64,000 nt of DNA from contig JACRJM010000002.1 in NCBI GenBank assembly GCA_016219965.1, forward strand, positions 48,233-112,232, in the 5' to 3' direction. A program made the translations under genes and the position numbers. Under the pieces are notes generated by a model that saw only the letters and a program-made list of their open reading frames with translations, was not told where the DNA came from and made no database searches. This DNA is from Candidatus Schekmanbacteria bacterium. Its GTDB lineage: Bacteria > Schekmanbacteria > GWA2-38-11 > J061. Positions 34,848-43,908 of the stretch are shown piece after piece. The first letter of the stretch is position 1; each line of letters opens with the position of its first letter.

Positions 34848-35984
34848 ATGTATCAATTAACAGAAGAACAGAAGATGATAAAAACTCTGGCAAGGAAGAT
34901 TGCCGATGAAAAAATACTGCCCATAAGAGCAAAGCTCGATGAGTCGGAGGAATTTCCGCACGATGTATTGAAGGCTCTTACAGAGGCTGGTCTTACCGGG
35001 CTTTATATCGACGAGGAATTCGGCGGCGCGGGGATGGGAACTTTCGAGATGTCTCTTGTCATGGAGGAATTATCAAGAGCCTGTGCAGGTATAGCCATAT
35101 CATACGGAGCCTGTGGTCTTGGCGCCTATCCTTTGATACTTTTTGGAAGCAAGGAACAGAACAAAAAATACCTTTCCAGGATTGCATCTGGTGAATGTTA
35201 TGCAGCCTTCGCTCTTACAGAGGCAGAGGCAGGAAGCGATGCCGGAAACGTAAAGACCCGCGCAGAGAAGAAAGGCAACAAATATATCCTCAACGGGACC
35301 AAGCAGTGGATAACCAATGGAAGCGTTGCAGAGATATATACGGTCATTGCCTCGACTAACCGCGCAAGGGGAGCGCGAGGGCTTTCAGCTTTTGTAGTTG
35401 AAAAGGGGACTCCGGGTTTCACATTCGGCAACAAGGCTGAAAAGATGGGAATAAGGGCATCGGTTACATCAGAGCTTATTTTCGAGGACTGCGAAATACC
35501 TGCTGAAAACCTCATATATAAAGAAGGCGCGGGGTTTGCAGTTACTATGAAAACCCTCGACAGAGCGCGTCCCGGAGTTGCAGCACAGGCTTTAGGGATT
35601 GCACAGGGTGCATTTGATGAGGCGCTCCAGTATTCAAAGATAAGGGAGCAGTTCGGAAAACCCATATCAGCGAACCAGACCATACAGAACATGCTTGCCG
35701 ACATGGCTACGGAGATAGAAGCGGCACGCTCTCTTCTTTATAATGTTGCAAAATACGTTGATTCAGGAGCTGCCGATATTTCCAAGGAATCTGCAATGTG
35801 CAAGCTTTACGCATCTGACGTTGCAATGAAGGTGACTGTTGATGCTGTCCAGATACTTGGCGGCTACGGCTACATGAGGGATTATCCTGTTGAGAAGATG
35901 ATGCGTGATGCCAAGATTACGCAGATATACGAAGGCACAAACCAGATCCAGCGGCTCGTAATTGCAAACAAACTGCTGAAGTAA
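34848..35984 (+). CDS. Acyl-CoA dehydrogenase (butyryl-CoA dehydrogenase-like)
   Basis: 378-aa ORF with ALTEAEAGSD, KQWITNGSVAEIY and QILGGYGYMRDYPVEKMMRDAKITQIYEGTNQIQR. It is a paralogue of 4716-5876. Confidence 0.9.
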   Translation: MYQLTEEQKMIKTLARKIADEKILPIRAKLDESEEFPHDVLKALTEAGLTGLYIDEEFGGAGMGTFEMSLVMEELSRACAGIAISYGACGLGAYPLILFGSKEQNKKYLSRIASGECYAAFALTEAEAGSDAGNVKTRAEKKGNKYILNGTKQWITNGSVAEIYTVIASTNRARGARGLSAFVVEKGTPGFTFGNKAEKMGIRASVTSELIFEDCEIPAENLIYKEGAGFAVTMKTLDRARPGVAAQALGIAQGAFDEALQYSKIREQFGKPISANQTIQNMLADMATEIEAARSLLYNVAKYVDSGAADISKESAMCKLYASDVAMKVTVDAVQILGGYGYMRDYPVEKMMRDAKITQIYEGTNQIQRLVIANKLLK

Positions 35985-35997
35985 ATTTTAATTTTAT

Positions 35998-36032
35998 GGC
36001 AGCCGCCGGATTTAGTCTGCGGCTGCCTTTTT
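35998..36032 (+). terminator. Rho-independent terminator
   Basis: A 9-bp stem (GGCAGCCGC and GCGGCTGCC) is followed by TTTTT. It lies 14 nt after the stop codon. Confidence 0.75.
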
Positions 36033-36101
36033 AATTTAATTCCGTCTATGCCCGACATCTTTCCTTTTTTTTAACCATTGAAGTCTATTATAATATAAAA
36101 A

Positions 36102-37667
36102 ATGGAAAGCATGGAAAACAGAGAGAGCCTTACCGGCAGAATATCAGAGAAGATAATCGGCAATACCATCTTCAACTATCTTGGCAACATCTGGCAGATT
36201 CTCATAAGCTTTTTTCTTACTCCCTATATTTTAAGACAACTTGGCATGGAGCGCTTTGGGATCTGGGCTGTAACCTTTGCAATTACAAGCTACTTTTCTC
36301 TTCTTGACCTTGGAGTCGGCGGGTCTTTTACAAAATTTATTGCCGAGTATGATGCTAAAAAAGATGTGCGGAGAATTAATAATGTCATAAGTCATGGTTT
36401 TCTTTTCTATCTCCCGCTTGGGGCATTGCAGTTTGCCATTGGGTTCCTGATCATTGAGCACATCACGGATTTTATTAATATCAGTGCAGAGCTGCGCACC
36501 GAAGCTAAAGATGTTTTTCTTCTTGGTCTGATCGCATTCACTATCCAGAATATCGGAATACCGCTTCGCTCTCTTTTCGAGGGTTTTCAGAAGATGGGGT
36601 TGTTAAACTGGATAAGGGCTTTAAGCACTATACCGAGGATAGCCGGTACTGTTTTTTTCCTTCAAATGGGATACGGCATTATAGGGCTTGCCATCAATGA
36701 GATAATCCTTGCGGTTATTATAAATTTTATATCTCTTTTTTATTCCTACAGGATATTCCCGCAGATGAAGATGGTACCCAGAGAGCTTGACAGGGAGATT
36801 CTAAAGAATGTCTTTACTTTTGGCTATAAACTGCAGGTTAGCAAGATAGCCTACCTTATAAATTTTCAGACAGACAAGTTTATCATTGGCTATTTTCTCA
36901 ATACTGTAATGGTTGGTTTCTACGACATAGGGGCGCGTGTGGCTTCACTTGTACGCTCATTTCCGGTTCTCATGGTTTCTGCCATTACTCCTGCCGCCTC
37001 TGAGCTTGATTCGAAAGGTTCTTCCGAGATGGTATGGAAACTTTATATCAAGTCTTCCCGCTATCTTCTGCTCTTTACAACACCGCTCTTTGTTTTCACT
37101 CTTTTTAATTCAAGTATAATCCTTGAGGTCTGGCTTGGCGCTGTTTATGCGCCTGCAGTTTTAGTCCTTCAGATACTCTGTGTGGCTTATTTTTTTAACC
37201 TCATATCAGGTGCGGCAAATGTGATTGCCATAGGTATAGGAAAGCCTGAGTTTGAAATGGAAACAAGCATCTATGCGTCGATCATTAACATAGGGTTAAG
37301 CATTCTCCTCATCATGAAATACGGGCTTACGGGATGCGTTGGCGCTACTGCCGTATCTTTTGTTTTTTATTCATTCTATCTTATATATAAATTTCATTCT
37401 TATTACGGAAAATCTCTAAGCATTTTTTTGAGGCTTATGGCTCTTCCCTTATTATCATCTCTTGTTTCGGCTTCATTGGCATTAGGATTTCAGCAACTGT
37501 TCATAAGCCAGTCTTATTTGATGAAGGTGATGGTCTTTGGAGGAGAATCCCTGATATTTGTAATCGTCTATGGCGCACTTATCTATTTACTAAAATTGGT
37601 TGGAAGCGAGGAGATGGAAATAGCACGCAACATGATAAAGAGATTTAACTATGGTAAGGACATATAA
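36102..37667 (+). CDS. Polysaccharide biosynthesis protein / flippase (MOP superfamily)
   Basis: 521-aa polytopic ORF. It is the second Wzx-like gene of the locus. Confidence 0.7.
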   Translation: MESMENRESLTGRISEKIIGNTIFNYLGNIWQILISFFLTPYILRQLGMERFGIWAVTFAITSYFSLLDLGVGGSFTKFIAEYDAKKDVRRINNVISHGFLFYLPLGALQFAIGFLIIEHITDFINISAELRTEAKDVFLLGLIAFTIQNIGIPLRSLFEGFQKMGLLNWIRALSTIPRIAGTVFFLQMGYGIIGLAINEIILAVIINFISLFYSYRIFPQMKMVPRELDREILKNVFTFGYKLQVSKIAYLINFQTDKFIIGYFLNTVMVGFYDIGARVASLVRSFPVLMVSAITPAASELDSKGSSEMVWKLYIKSSRYLLLFTTPLFVFTLFNSSIILEVWLGAVYAPAVLVLQILCVAYFFNLISGAANVIAIGIGKPEFEMETSIYASIINIGLSILLIMKYGLTGCVGATAVSFVFYSFYLIYKFHSYYGKSLSIFLRLMALPLLSSLVSASLALGFQQLFISQSYLMKVMVFGGESLIFVIVYGALIYLLKLVGSEEMEIARNMIKRFNYGKDI

Positions 37668-37713
37668 GGAGGAATAAGCAATAAAGATAAGTATAATCTG
37701 CTATCTCGATGTT

Positions 37714-38856
37714 GTGACGCTTAACGCCGAGAGCATACAGGTGATAAACTTCGCAAAGGGGTTTAAAGAGCTGGGGCATGACGTAGAGATAATTGCGCCT
37801 TTTATTAGGAGTGCTATTAGACATGACAAATCCATAAAACAGAGCAAATACAAAGAGGGAATAAATATTAATTTTGTCCCGGTAATTAATCTCAAATATC
37901 TAAGGCCGCTCAGTTTTCTTTTTCTTTCCCCCATATACATCCTTTTTTATCTCTTTAAAAAAAGAACTGATGTTGTCATCTGTTTTGACCTTTGCAATGC
38001 GCCTTTTATTGTTCCCGTAGTGAAGGCCGCAGGCTTTCCTGTACTTTTGTATCTTAACAGCATTATTTCAGAGGACATGGAGATCGCGGGGAGAAACAGG
38101 CTTCTAATATGGCTTGTTGAACGCTGCTACAGGATGAATGTGCGGATCAGTAATTTAGTTGCTGTCGTGGCAGTGCCTATAAGGGAGTATATCATAGAGA
38201 AAAAATGTAAAACTCCGGATAAAGTGGAAGTCATAAGAGATGCTGTTGATACAGAGCATTTCAAAGTAATGGATAAAGAGATAGCCTGCCGCGAGCTTGG
38301 ACTGTCCCCCTCATTCATTTATATAGGTTTCGTAGGAAGCCTCTGCCCCTGGCATGGTGTTGACTATCTTATAAAAGCCGCGCCACTTATTTTGAAAGAA
38401 GACGAGCGTGTAAGGTTCATTATCGTAGGCGATGGAAGGATGAGAAAAGAGCTTTCCGAAATGGCAGATAAGCGTGCCATATCGGATAAGATTATATGGA
38501 CCGGCTTTGTACCATACGAAAAAGTTCCGCTATATATCGCAGCCTTTAATGCTGCCGTAGTATTTTTTAAGCCGCTGCGGAGAAACTATGGTTCTCCAAT
38601 GAAGATATTTGAATACCTTGCATGCGGCAGAGCTGTCATTGCAAGCCCCGGACCGGAGTACGGGGATTTTGTGGAAGAGTTAGGGGCTGGTCTGTCAATA
38701 GACCCGGAGAATAGTGAAGACTTTGCGAAAAAAGTTATAAGTCTGATTAAAGACAAAGAAAGATTAAGGCAGATGGGAAACAATGGAAGAGAGGAAATGG
38801 TTAAAAAACATACATGGAAGACAAGAGCAAAAGAGATAGAAGAATTGTTAAAATAA
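37714..38856 (+). CDS. Glycosyltransferase family 4 (GT-B); the true start may be upstream at 37681
   Basis: 380-aa ORF from a GTG. The C-terminal EX7E-type region is present (SPMKIFEYLACGRAVIAS). The in-frame upstream codons encode IKISIICYLDV, a typical GT4 first beta-strand. Confidence 0.8.
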   Translation: MTLNAESIQVINFAKGFKELGHDVEIIAPFIRSAIRHDKSIKQSKYKEGININFVPVINLKYLRPLSFLFLSPIYILFYLFKKRTDVVICFDLCNAPFIVPVVKAAGFPVLLYLNSIISEDMEIAGRNRLLIWLVERCYRMNVRISNLVAVVAVPIREYIIEKKCKTPDKVEVIRDAVDTEHFKVMDKEIACRELGLSPSFIYIGFVGSLCPWHGVDYLIKAAPLILKEDERVRFIIVGDGRMRKELSEMADKRAISDKIIWTGFVPYEKVPLYIAAFNAAVVFFKPLRRNYGSPMKIFEYLACGRAVIASPGPEYGDFVEELGAGLSIDPENSEDFAKKVISLIKDKERLRQMGNNGREEMVKKHTWKTRAKEIEELLK

Positions 38857-39989
38857 CACATATCATCTCTGCCGGTGGAGTTGGCGGCGGCGAAAGACAG
38901 CTCCTTATTTTCGCAAAGGGCTTTGCAAGAGATAGATACGAACTTGGCTTTATAGTTCCTGAAAGAGGTGCGCTTTCCTCTAAGCTCGAAGCTCTTGGGT
39001 TTAAGCCGGAGGTGATTGATATAAACAGAAGCCTTTTAAGCATTCCTGTTATGCATAAACTTATAAAATATCTAATGGAAACAAGACCGGATATTGTCCA
39101 CACCCATGGTGCAAGGGCGAACTTTTACGGAAGGATCGCAGCTTCACTTGCCGGCGTGCCTTTCTCTGTATCAACTATACATAATTCAATCTCTGATTAT
39201 CCTGTAAGCAGTTTCAAAAAAAGGATTTACATAACAGCCGAGAAATTAACGGTACGAAAAGCCGCAAAGATTGTGACAGTTTCTAATTATCTTAAAAATG
39301 AACTTGTAAGTGAATATGGGATTTCTTCAAAAAAAATCATTACCATATATCCGGCAATTGATGAAATCGCTTTACAGGTGACAGATGACCGCTTTGCAAC
39401 AAGAAAAAAACTCGGCGTAAATGATTCAGAACTTCTTATTTCCCAGATGGGGAGGATGACCCCTCAGAAGGGTTTCCATTATTTTATAGAGGCGGCAGGA
39501 CTCCTCTCGAAAAAGCATGGCAATCTTAAATGGCTTTTTGTCGGAGATGGTCCTTTGCGCGGGGAGCTTGAAGCTCTATGCAGTAAAAAAGGAATAAGTG
39601 AGAGATGCATATTCACAGGCTTTAGAGAGGATGTTGGAAATCTTATCTCAGCCTCAGATATCTTTGTCTCTTCCTCACTCTCCGAAGGTTTCCCAATTAC
39701 GTTAATAGAAGCCTCTTACATGGGAAAGCCTGTTGTGGCAACGCGTGTGTCCGGCGTGCCGGAGTTTATAGAAGACAGTGTGAATGGGATTCTCGTCAAG
39801 CCGCAAAACAGTGAAGCTCTTGCTTTGGCAATAGAAAGATTGATAGTTAGCTCATTTCTTCGCGAACAACTTGGCAATTCTGCGAAACAAAGCGTTTCAG
39901 AAAAATTCTCAGCAGAATATATGATTGGTAAGTTTAGCGACCTATACGAAACATTGCTTTTAAAACACACAATGATTAGTAGTTTTTAG
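38814..39989 (+). CDS. Glycosyltransferase family 4
   Basis: 391-aa ORF with VKITHIISAGGVGGGERQLL and SEGFPITLIEASYMGKPVVATRVSGVPEFI. Confidence 0.85.
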   Translation: MEDKSKRDRRIVKITHIISAGGVGGGERQLLIFAKGFARDRYELGFIVPERGALSSKLEALGFKPEVIDINRSLLSIPVMHKLIKYLMETRPDIVHTHGARANFYGRIAASLAGVPFSVSTIHNSISDYPVSSFKKRIYITAEKLTVRKAAKIVTVSNYLKNELVSEYGISSKKIITIYPAIDEIALQVTDDRFATRKKLGVNDSELLISQMGRMTPQKGFHYFIEAAGLLSKKHGNLKWLFVGDGPLRGELEALCSKKGISERCIFTGFREDVGNLISASDIFVSSSLSEGFPITLIEASYMGKPVVATRVSGVPEFIEDSVNGILVKPQNSEALALAIERLIVSSFLREQLGNSAKQSVSEKFSAEYMIGKFSDLYETLLLKHTMISSF

Positions 39990-40087
39990 TAATGTGCTAC
40001 AGAATGTTCTCTTGAAAATGGTTGAGCTTCAGGATATTTTAAATTTTATAATAAGGTAATTGTTGCTACAGCAAATTGAGGCAGCTT

Positions 40088-41137
40088 ATGGGATTTAAGC
40101 CAAAATACATTATAATTCCGAAGATTAATAAGTCGCTTGTAGAGATTGAACGGGTACGGGGCTTTTTAGATGCGGTTAAGCTAAAGGATGATTGGATTGC
40201 CGACATGCAGGAAAAGGCGCTTATCCTTGAGTCGCATCATTCCACGCATATCGAAGGTACGGCTCTAAGCCTTGAACAGGCAAAGAGCATCTTAGAAGGC
40301 AAAAAGGTTAAGGGTATCAACCGTGATGATGAAAAAGAGCTTTTAAATTATAAGAAGGCGATGGATTTTCTTTCAAGGTACCTTGGGAAGGACGATCCTG
40401 TTACTGAAGGTGTCATCCGCGAGCTACATAAGATCATTGTTAAAAATGTCCGTGGTGGTCAGGCAGATCCGGGGAGTTACCGTAAGATTCAAAACTTTGT
40501 CGTTAATTCCCGCACGAGAGAAGTTATTTATACACCACCGACACCCATAGAGGTTCCGCACCTTATGCGTCAGCTTGTGGAATGGATAAATTCGGCTGAA
40601 GATGTGTCTCCTATAATTGTGGCTGGCATAGCGCAGTTTCAGTTTGTGCATGTTCACCCCTTTATTGACGGTAATGGCAGGACGGCACGGCTTCTTTCAA
40701 CACTTATCCTCTACAAGACCGGTTATGATTTTAAACGGCTTTTTACGATATCGGAGTATTACGACAAGAACCGTTCCGCCTATTATCAGGCAATACAATC
40801 TGTGAGAAACAGCAATATGGACATGACGGTGTGGCTTTCCTATTTCATCGATGGGCTGCAGTCACAGATGAAAGAAATCCAGCAAAAGGGAGAACAATTA
40901 ATTAAGCAGGATTCAATGTTGCAGAAGATTAAGAAAGTTGGCATAAGCACGCGGCAGGAAATGGCGCTTAAATACCTTTTAAGAAACGGCACTATCAGCG
41001 TGAATGAATACCAGTCTGTCATTTCCTGTATCAGACGTACTGCACAGAGGGATTTGGAAGACTTGGTTGAGAAAGGAATCATAAAAGCCGTGTCAAAAAG
41101 TGCTACCGATCCTACCAAACACTATCTTTTACTGTGA
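40088..41137 (+). CDS. Fic-family protein (class II, intramolecular inhibitory helix) with C-terminal wHTH
   Basis: The Fic motif is HPFIDGNGRTARLL. The N-terminal STHIEG matches the (S/T)xxxE(G/N) inhibitory motif. The track ORF starts at TTG 40076; the ATG at 40088 is preferred. Confidence 0.85.
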   Translation: MGFKPKYIIIPKINKSLVEIERVRGFLDAVKLKDDWIADMQEKALILESHHSTHIEGTALSLEQAKSILEGKKVKGINRDDEKELLNYKKAMDFLSRYLGKDDPVTEGVIRELHKIIVKNVRGGQADPGSYRKIQNFVVNSRTREVIYTPPTPIEVPHLMRQLVEWINSAEDVSPIIVAGIAQFQFVHVHPFIDGNGRTARLLSTLILYKTGYDFKRLFTISEYYDKNRSAYYQAIQSVRNSNMDMTVWLSYFIDGLQSQMKEIQQKGEQLIKQDSMLQKIKKVGISTRQEMALKYLLRNGTISVNEYQSVISCIRRTAQRDLEDLVEKGIIKAVSKSATDPTKHYLLL

Positions 41138-41177
41138 CAGGTTACTGTGACATACTGTGACAGGTTACTGTGACAGG
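41129..41177 (+). repeat. Tandem repeat, 4 copies of (T)TACTGTGACA(GG)
   Basis: The ACTGTGACA core occurs at 41131, 41144, 41154 and 41167, giving periods of 13, 10 and 13 nt. Each core carries CTGT-n-ACAG dyad symmetry. The first unit contains the fic stop codon. Confidence 0.8.
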
Positions 41178-41220
41178 GTTAGCTGAAACTATAAGGGATT
41201 TAGTAGAAAACAATATATGT

Positions 41221-41985
41221 TCAATTTTGCCTCAAAACAATCCTTCTCATTTTCCATACAGTATGACTCGCTTTATCCTCCGAGTTTGTGAGCTTAAAGA
41301 GAGCATTTGATATATTCTCGATTTCAGGGGGACTTAAACGTTTCTGTACAAACTCGCTTTGCCTCCAGGTTGTAGTAGTATTTGGTAAAAACCATGTCGC
41401 AGCCTGGCTGTCCGCAACCGGTAGAATAGCGCAATCATCGATAAGAATCTCTGCATCGTAATTTTTTCCCGCCAATTCCTGACCGACAAAAAGATGAGCG
41501 CCTTGCGTTGCCACGAGGGCTTCATTGGTAGAAAGATATAGCTTGAATACTTCGATTTCAGTTTCAATAGCCTCAACTTCCTCGATCACTATGGTGCCGC
41601 CTGTCTTCAGTTGAGTGACCCAATTTTTAATAACTTCTACAGGGTTTGGCAGATGGGATAAGATAAATCGCGCATACATGACATCCCCCATTACCGGGAA
41701 AGGTGCTACAGTGATATCATGCTCTATGAAATGGCAATGCGGGAACCTGCTCTTAGCTATGTCAAGAAAGACGGGTGAATTGTCCAGTCCATAAATCTCG
41801 TGCGGTTTTATGGCTTGATAAAGCATATCTGTCGTAAAGCCCGGACCGCATCCTATATCAAAAGCTATGGCGGGAGATTTTTTAATGTACTGTGTGAGCA
41901 GCGCAGAAGCCAGGGGATTGAAGAATTTAGAGATTTCTTCCAGCCTGGAGGCAGCTTCGTTTCCTGTTCCGAATGTGTACTTCAT
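41221..41985 (-). CDS. Class I SAM-dependent methyltransferase
   Basis: 254-aa ORF. Motif I is AFDIGCGPGFTT. Confidence 0.8.
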   Translation of the reverse strand: MKYTFGTGNEAASRLEEISKFFNPLASALLTQYIKKSPAIAFDIGCGPGFTTDMLYQAIKPHEIYGLDNSPVFLDIAKSRFPHCHFIEHDITVAPFPVMGDVMYARFILSHLPNPVEVIKNWVTQLKTGGTIVIEEVEAIETEIEVFKLYLSTNEALVATQGAHLFVGQELAGKNYDAEILIDDCAILPVADSQAATWFLPNTTTTWRQSEFVQKRLSPPEIENISNALFKLTNSEDKASHTVWKMRRIVLRQN

Positions 41986-42014
41986 ATAATATAGCTACTC
42001 TCCGGAAGGCGACC

Positions 42015-42031
42015 GGTCAAGAAGATTGTCT
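42015..42031 (+). repeat. 17-bp direct repeat, left copy
   Basis: GGTCAAGAAGATTGTCT is identical to 43776-43792. Here it forms part of the hairpin AAGAAGATTG-tctaaag-CAATCTTCTT. Confidence 0.8.
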
Positions 42032-42149
42032 AAAGCAATCTTCTTCTAAAAGGACGCTAAGTCAAAATGGGATTATTGTTTTAATGTAGAGAGTTTACGT
42101 ATTCTTCTGGTGGTTAAGAAAATTACAAGCATTTAATACTAAACTCTTA

Positions 42150-43493
42150 TCAGTTAATCTTGTGGGATCTTGTGGATTTTCGTGGATGTCGCTTAAGTCG
42201 GTTGGAAGGCGGTGGTTCAATTTCTCTAACATCTTCCTCTTTGCTGGTAGTTTGCTCAAGTACAAAAGGTTCTCCGTAGCATTGTTGATACACTTCGGGG
42301 AATTCTTTCTGTTGTCTTAATTCCTTGAAGATTGGCCATTGCTTATAGTAGGCTTGGTGAAATTCTGCATCATGCTTAAGCTTACCCATCAGCTTGTATG
42401 CTTTTAGATAGTCTCCTTTAAGTACAGCTACTGCCAACTTAAATTTATCTTCGCATGCACTCCAATCTTCCAAAGATATAATTTGCTCACATTGCTTATT
42501 GTCGCCAAGCCATTTATATGCTTGGGCTCTATTTAATATCATCATTCTTTTACTTGTCTCATCCGAATGCTTCATTTGGTCTTGTGTAAATAAATCTAAT
42601 ATCCGAATTGCTAATGAATACTCTCCTTTGCGGATGAGTTCATATGTTATATCCACTATATTTGTATCTGAGTCTTCGAGACGGTCTGGACAAAGACGTC
42701 TCCAAATGACATGAGCTAACTTAACGCCAATTTCATAAATGCAATTATACGCTTCGGCGAAATATGAAATTGGTGCTTCTAGTTGATCACCGATTTTGCA
42801 CTGATCCGGGAGTGGACATTTGTGTTCAGAACAGACTCTCAGGTACTGAGAACATATTTTTCCGTCACAATGTACAAATAAATTGCGTCTTTCTGTTAGT
42901 TCGATAAAAGTTGGCCAGCTTAATAGTTCCTTATTGAAGGAGGTCTTAAGTTTCTCCTTGAGCCATGCAAACTGATCAACATGACTCCTTCTAATAATTG
43001 ATTCTACCTCTTTTTCAATAATATACTCCTTTACCGCTTCGATATTTTGAAATCGTATGAGGTCAGTGTACGGTATTGCCTTCTCTGAAGCATTCAGCAT
43101 TTCCGGCTTTACAGCGAAGATAAACCTTATAACTTGCCCCAGAAAAGAGTCATATTGGGATACTAGAGAAATAACAAAATGGCGAGGAACTAGCCGACAT
43201 GCAGTTCTTAAATTTCCATACTCTCTTTCTAACTGTGCTAACGGGCCAGAATGACCAGCGTCGACAGAATATATAAATATTTTTCCTTCTTTCTTAATTT
43301 CGATGTGGTGCTTCTCTATATATAAATTCTTTTTTTTTCTAGCCTCGCTAAGAACATAGCCAGTGACATTTGTTAATAATGGAAGAGTAGTCCACAGGCT
43401 CTCAATATCTTGGGTGAACTTACCAATTTCTCCGGCAAGAATTTCGGTAGGATGTTTACCTGTTGAGGTTTCTGAGTCCACATGTTTCCTCAT
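42150..43493 (-). CDS. HEPN-like (Rx4-6H) domain protein with TPR-like C-terminal region, putative abortive-infection/defence gene
   Basis: About 447 aa from the ATG at 43493; the track uses TTG 43508. ELTERRNLFVHCDG matches the HEPN Rx4-6H motif. The C-terminus has TPR-like helices (AQAYKWLGDNKQCEQII, AVAVLKGDYLKAYKLMGKL). Both flanks are AT-rich. Confidence 0.45.
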   Translation of the reverse strand: MRKHVDSETSTGKHPTEILAGEIGKFTQDIESLWTTLPLLTNVTGYVLSEARKKKNLYIEKHHIEIKKEGKIFIYSVDAGHSGPLAQLEREYGNLRTACRLVPRHFVISLVSQYDSFLGQVIRFIFAVKPEMLNASEKAIPYTDLIRFQNIEAVKEYIIEKEVESIIRRSHVDQFAWLKEKLKTSFNKELLSWPTFIELTERRNLFVHCDGKICSQYLRVCSEHKCPLPDQCKIGDQLEAPISYFAEAYNCIYEIGVKLAHVIWRRLCPDRLEDSDTNIVDITYELIRKGEYSLAIRILDLFTQDQMKHSDETSKRMMILNRAQAYKWLGDNKQCEQIISLEDWSACEDKFKLAVAVLKGDYLKAYKLMGKLKHDAEFHQAYYKQWPIFKELRQQKEFPEVYQQCYGEPFVLEQTTSKEEDVREIEPPPSNRLKRHPRKSTRSHKIN

Positions 43494-43775
43494 CTGGTGG
43501 TTGAGCAATCAATATATTAAGCTACTTTTGTAGTCTTATTATATTCTAAAATAATTTTATATAATTTTTAAAGGTATCTGGTCAAGATAATTACCTAAGA
43601 CAAAAAGTAAATGGTAAAATATTTAGCTCTTTCTTTATTTCGTTTCCTTACAATTAACGCTATGTTAATAAGTTATTAATAGAAGAGCAGAGAATTACCA
43701 AATAGAATCAAATTATTTGTAAAGCCTATTTCTAAAAAGCATACTATCCATTTTATATAATTCTGCAAAACTCCT

Positions 43776-43792
43776 GGTCAAGAAGATTGTCT
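43776..43792 (+). repeat. 17-bp direct repeat, right copy
   Basis: GGTCAAGAAGATTGTCT is identical to 42015-42031. Confidence 0.8.
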
Positions 43793-43908
43793 TATTGAAA
43801 GGGCACTTTTCTCTTGAATTTTGTTCGTCAATGTGTCTTTAGATTTTATAATTGGAAGATGAGCTATGAGCTTTTAGCTGTTTAACTTCTCTTTGAGGGG
43901 GGATCCTG

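Noticed and set aside
41129-41177. The tandem repeat as a CRISPR array or a LexA (CTGT-N8-ACAG) box.
   Set aside because: The units are 10-13 nt with no spacers, so it is not CRISPR. The CTGT and ACAG halves are separated by 1 nt, not 8, and no SOS gene is downstream.
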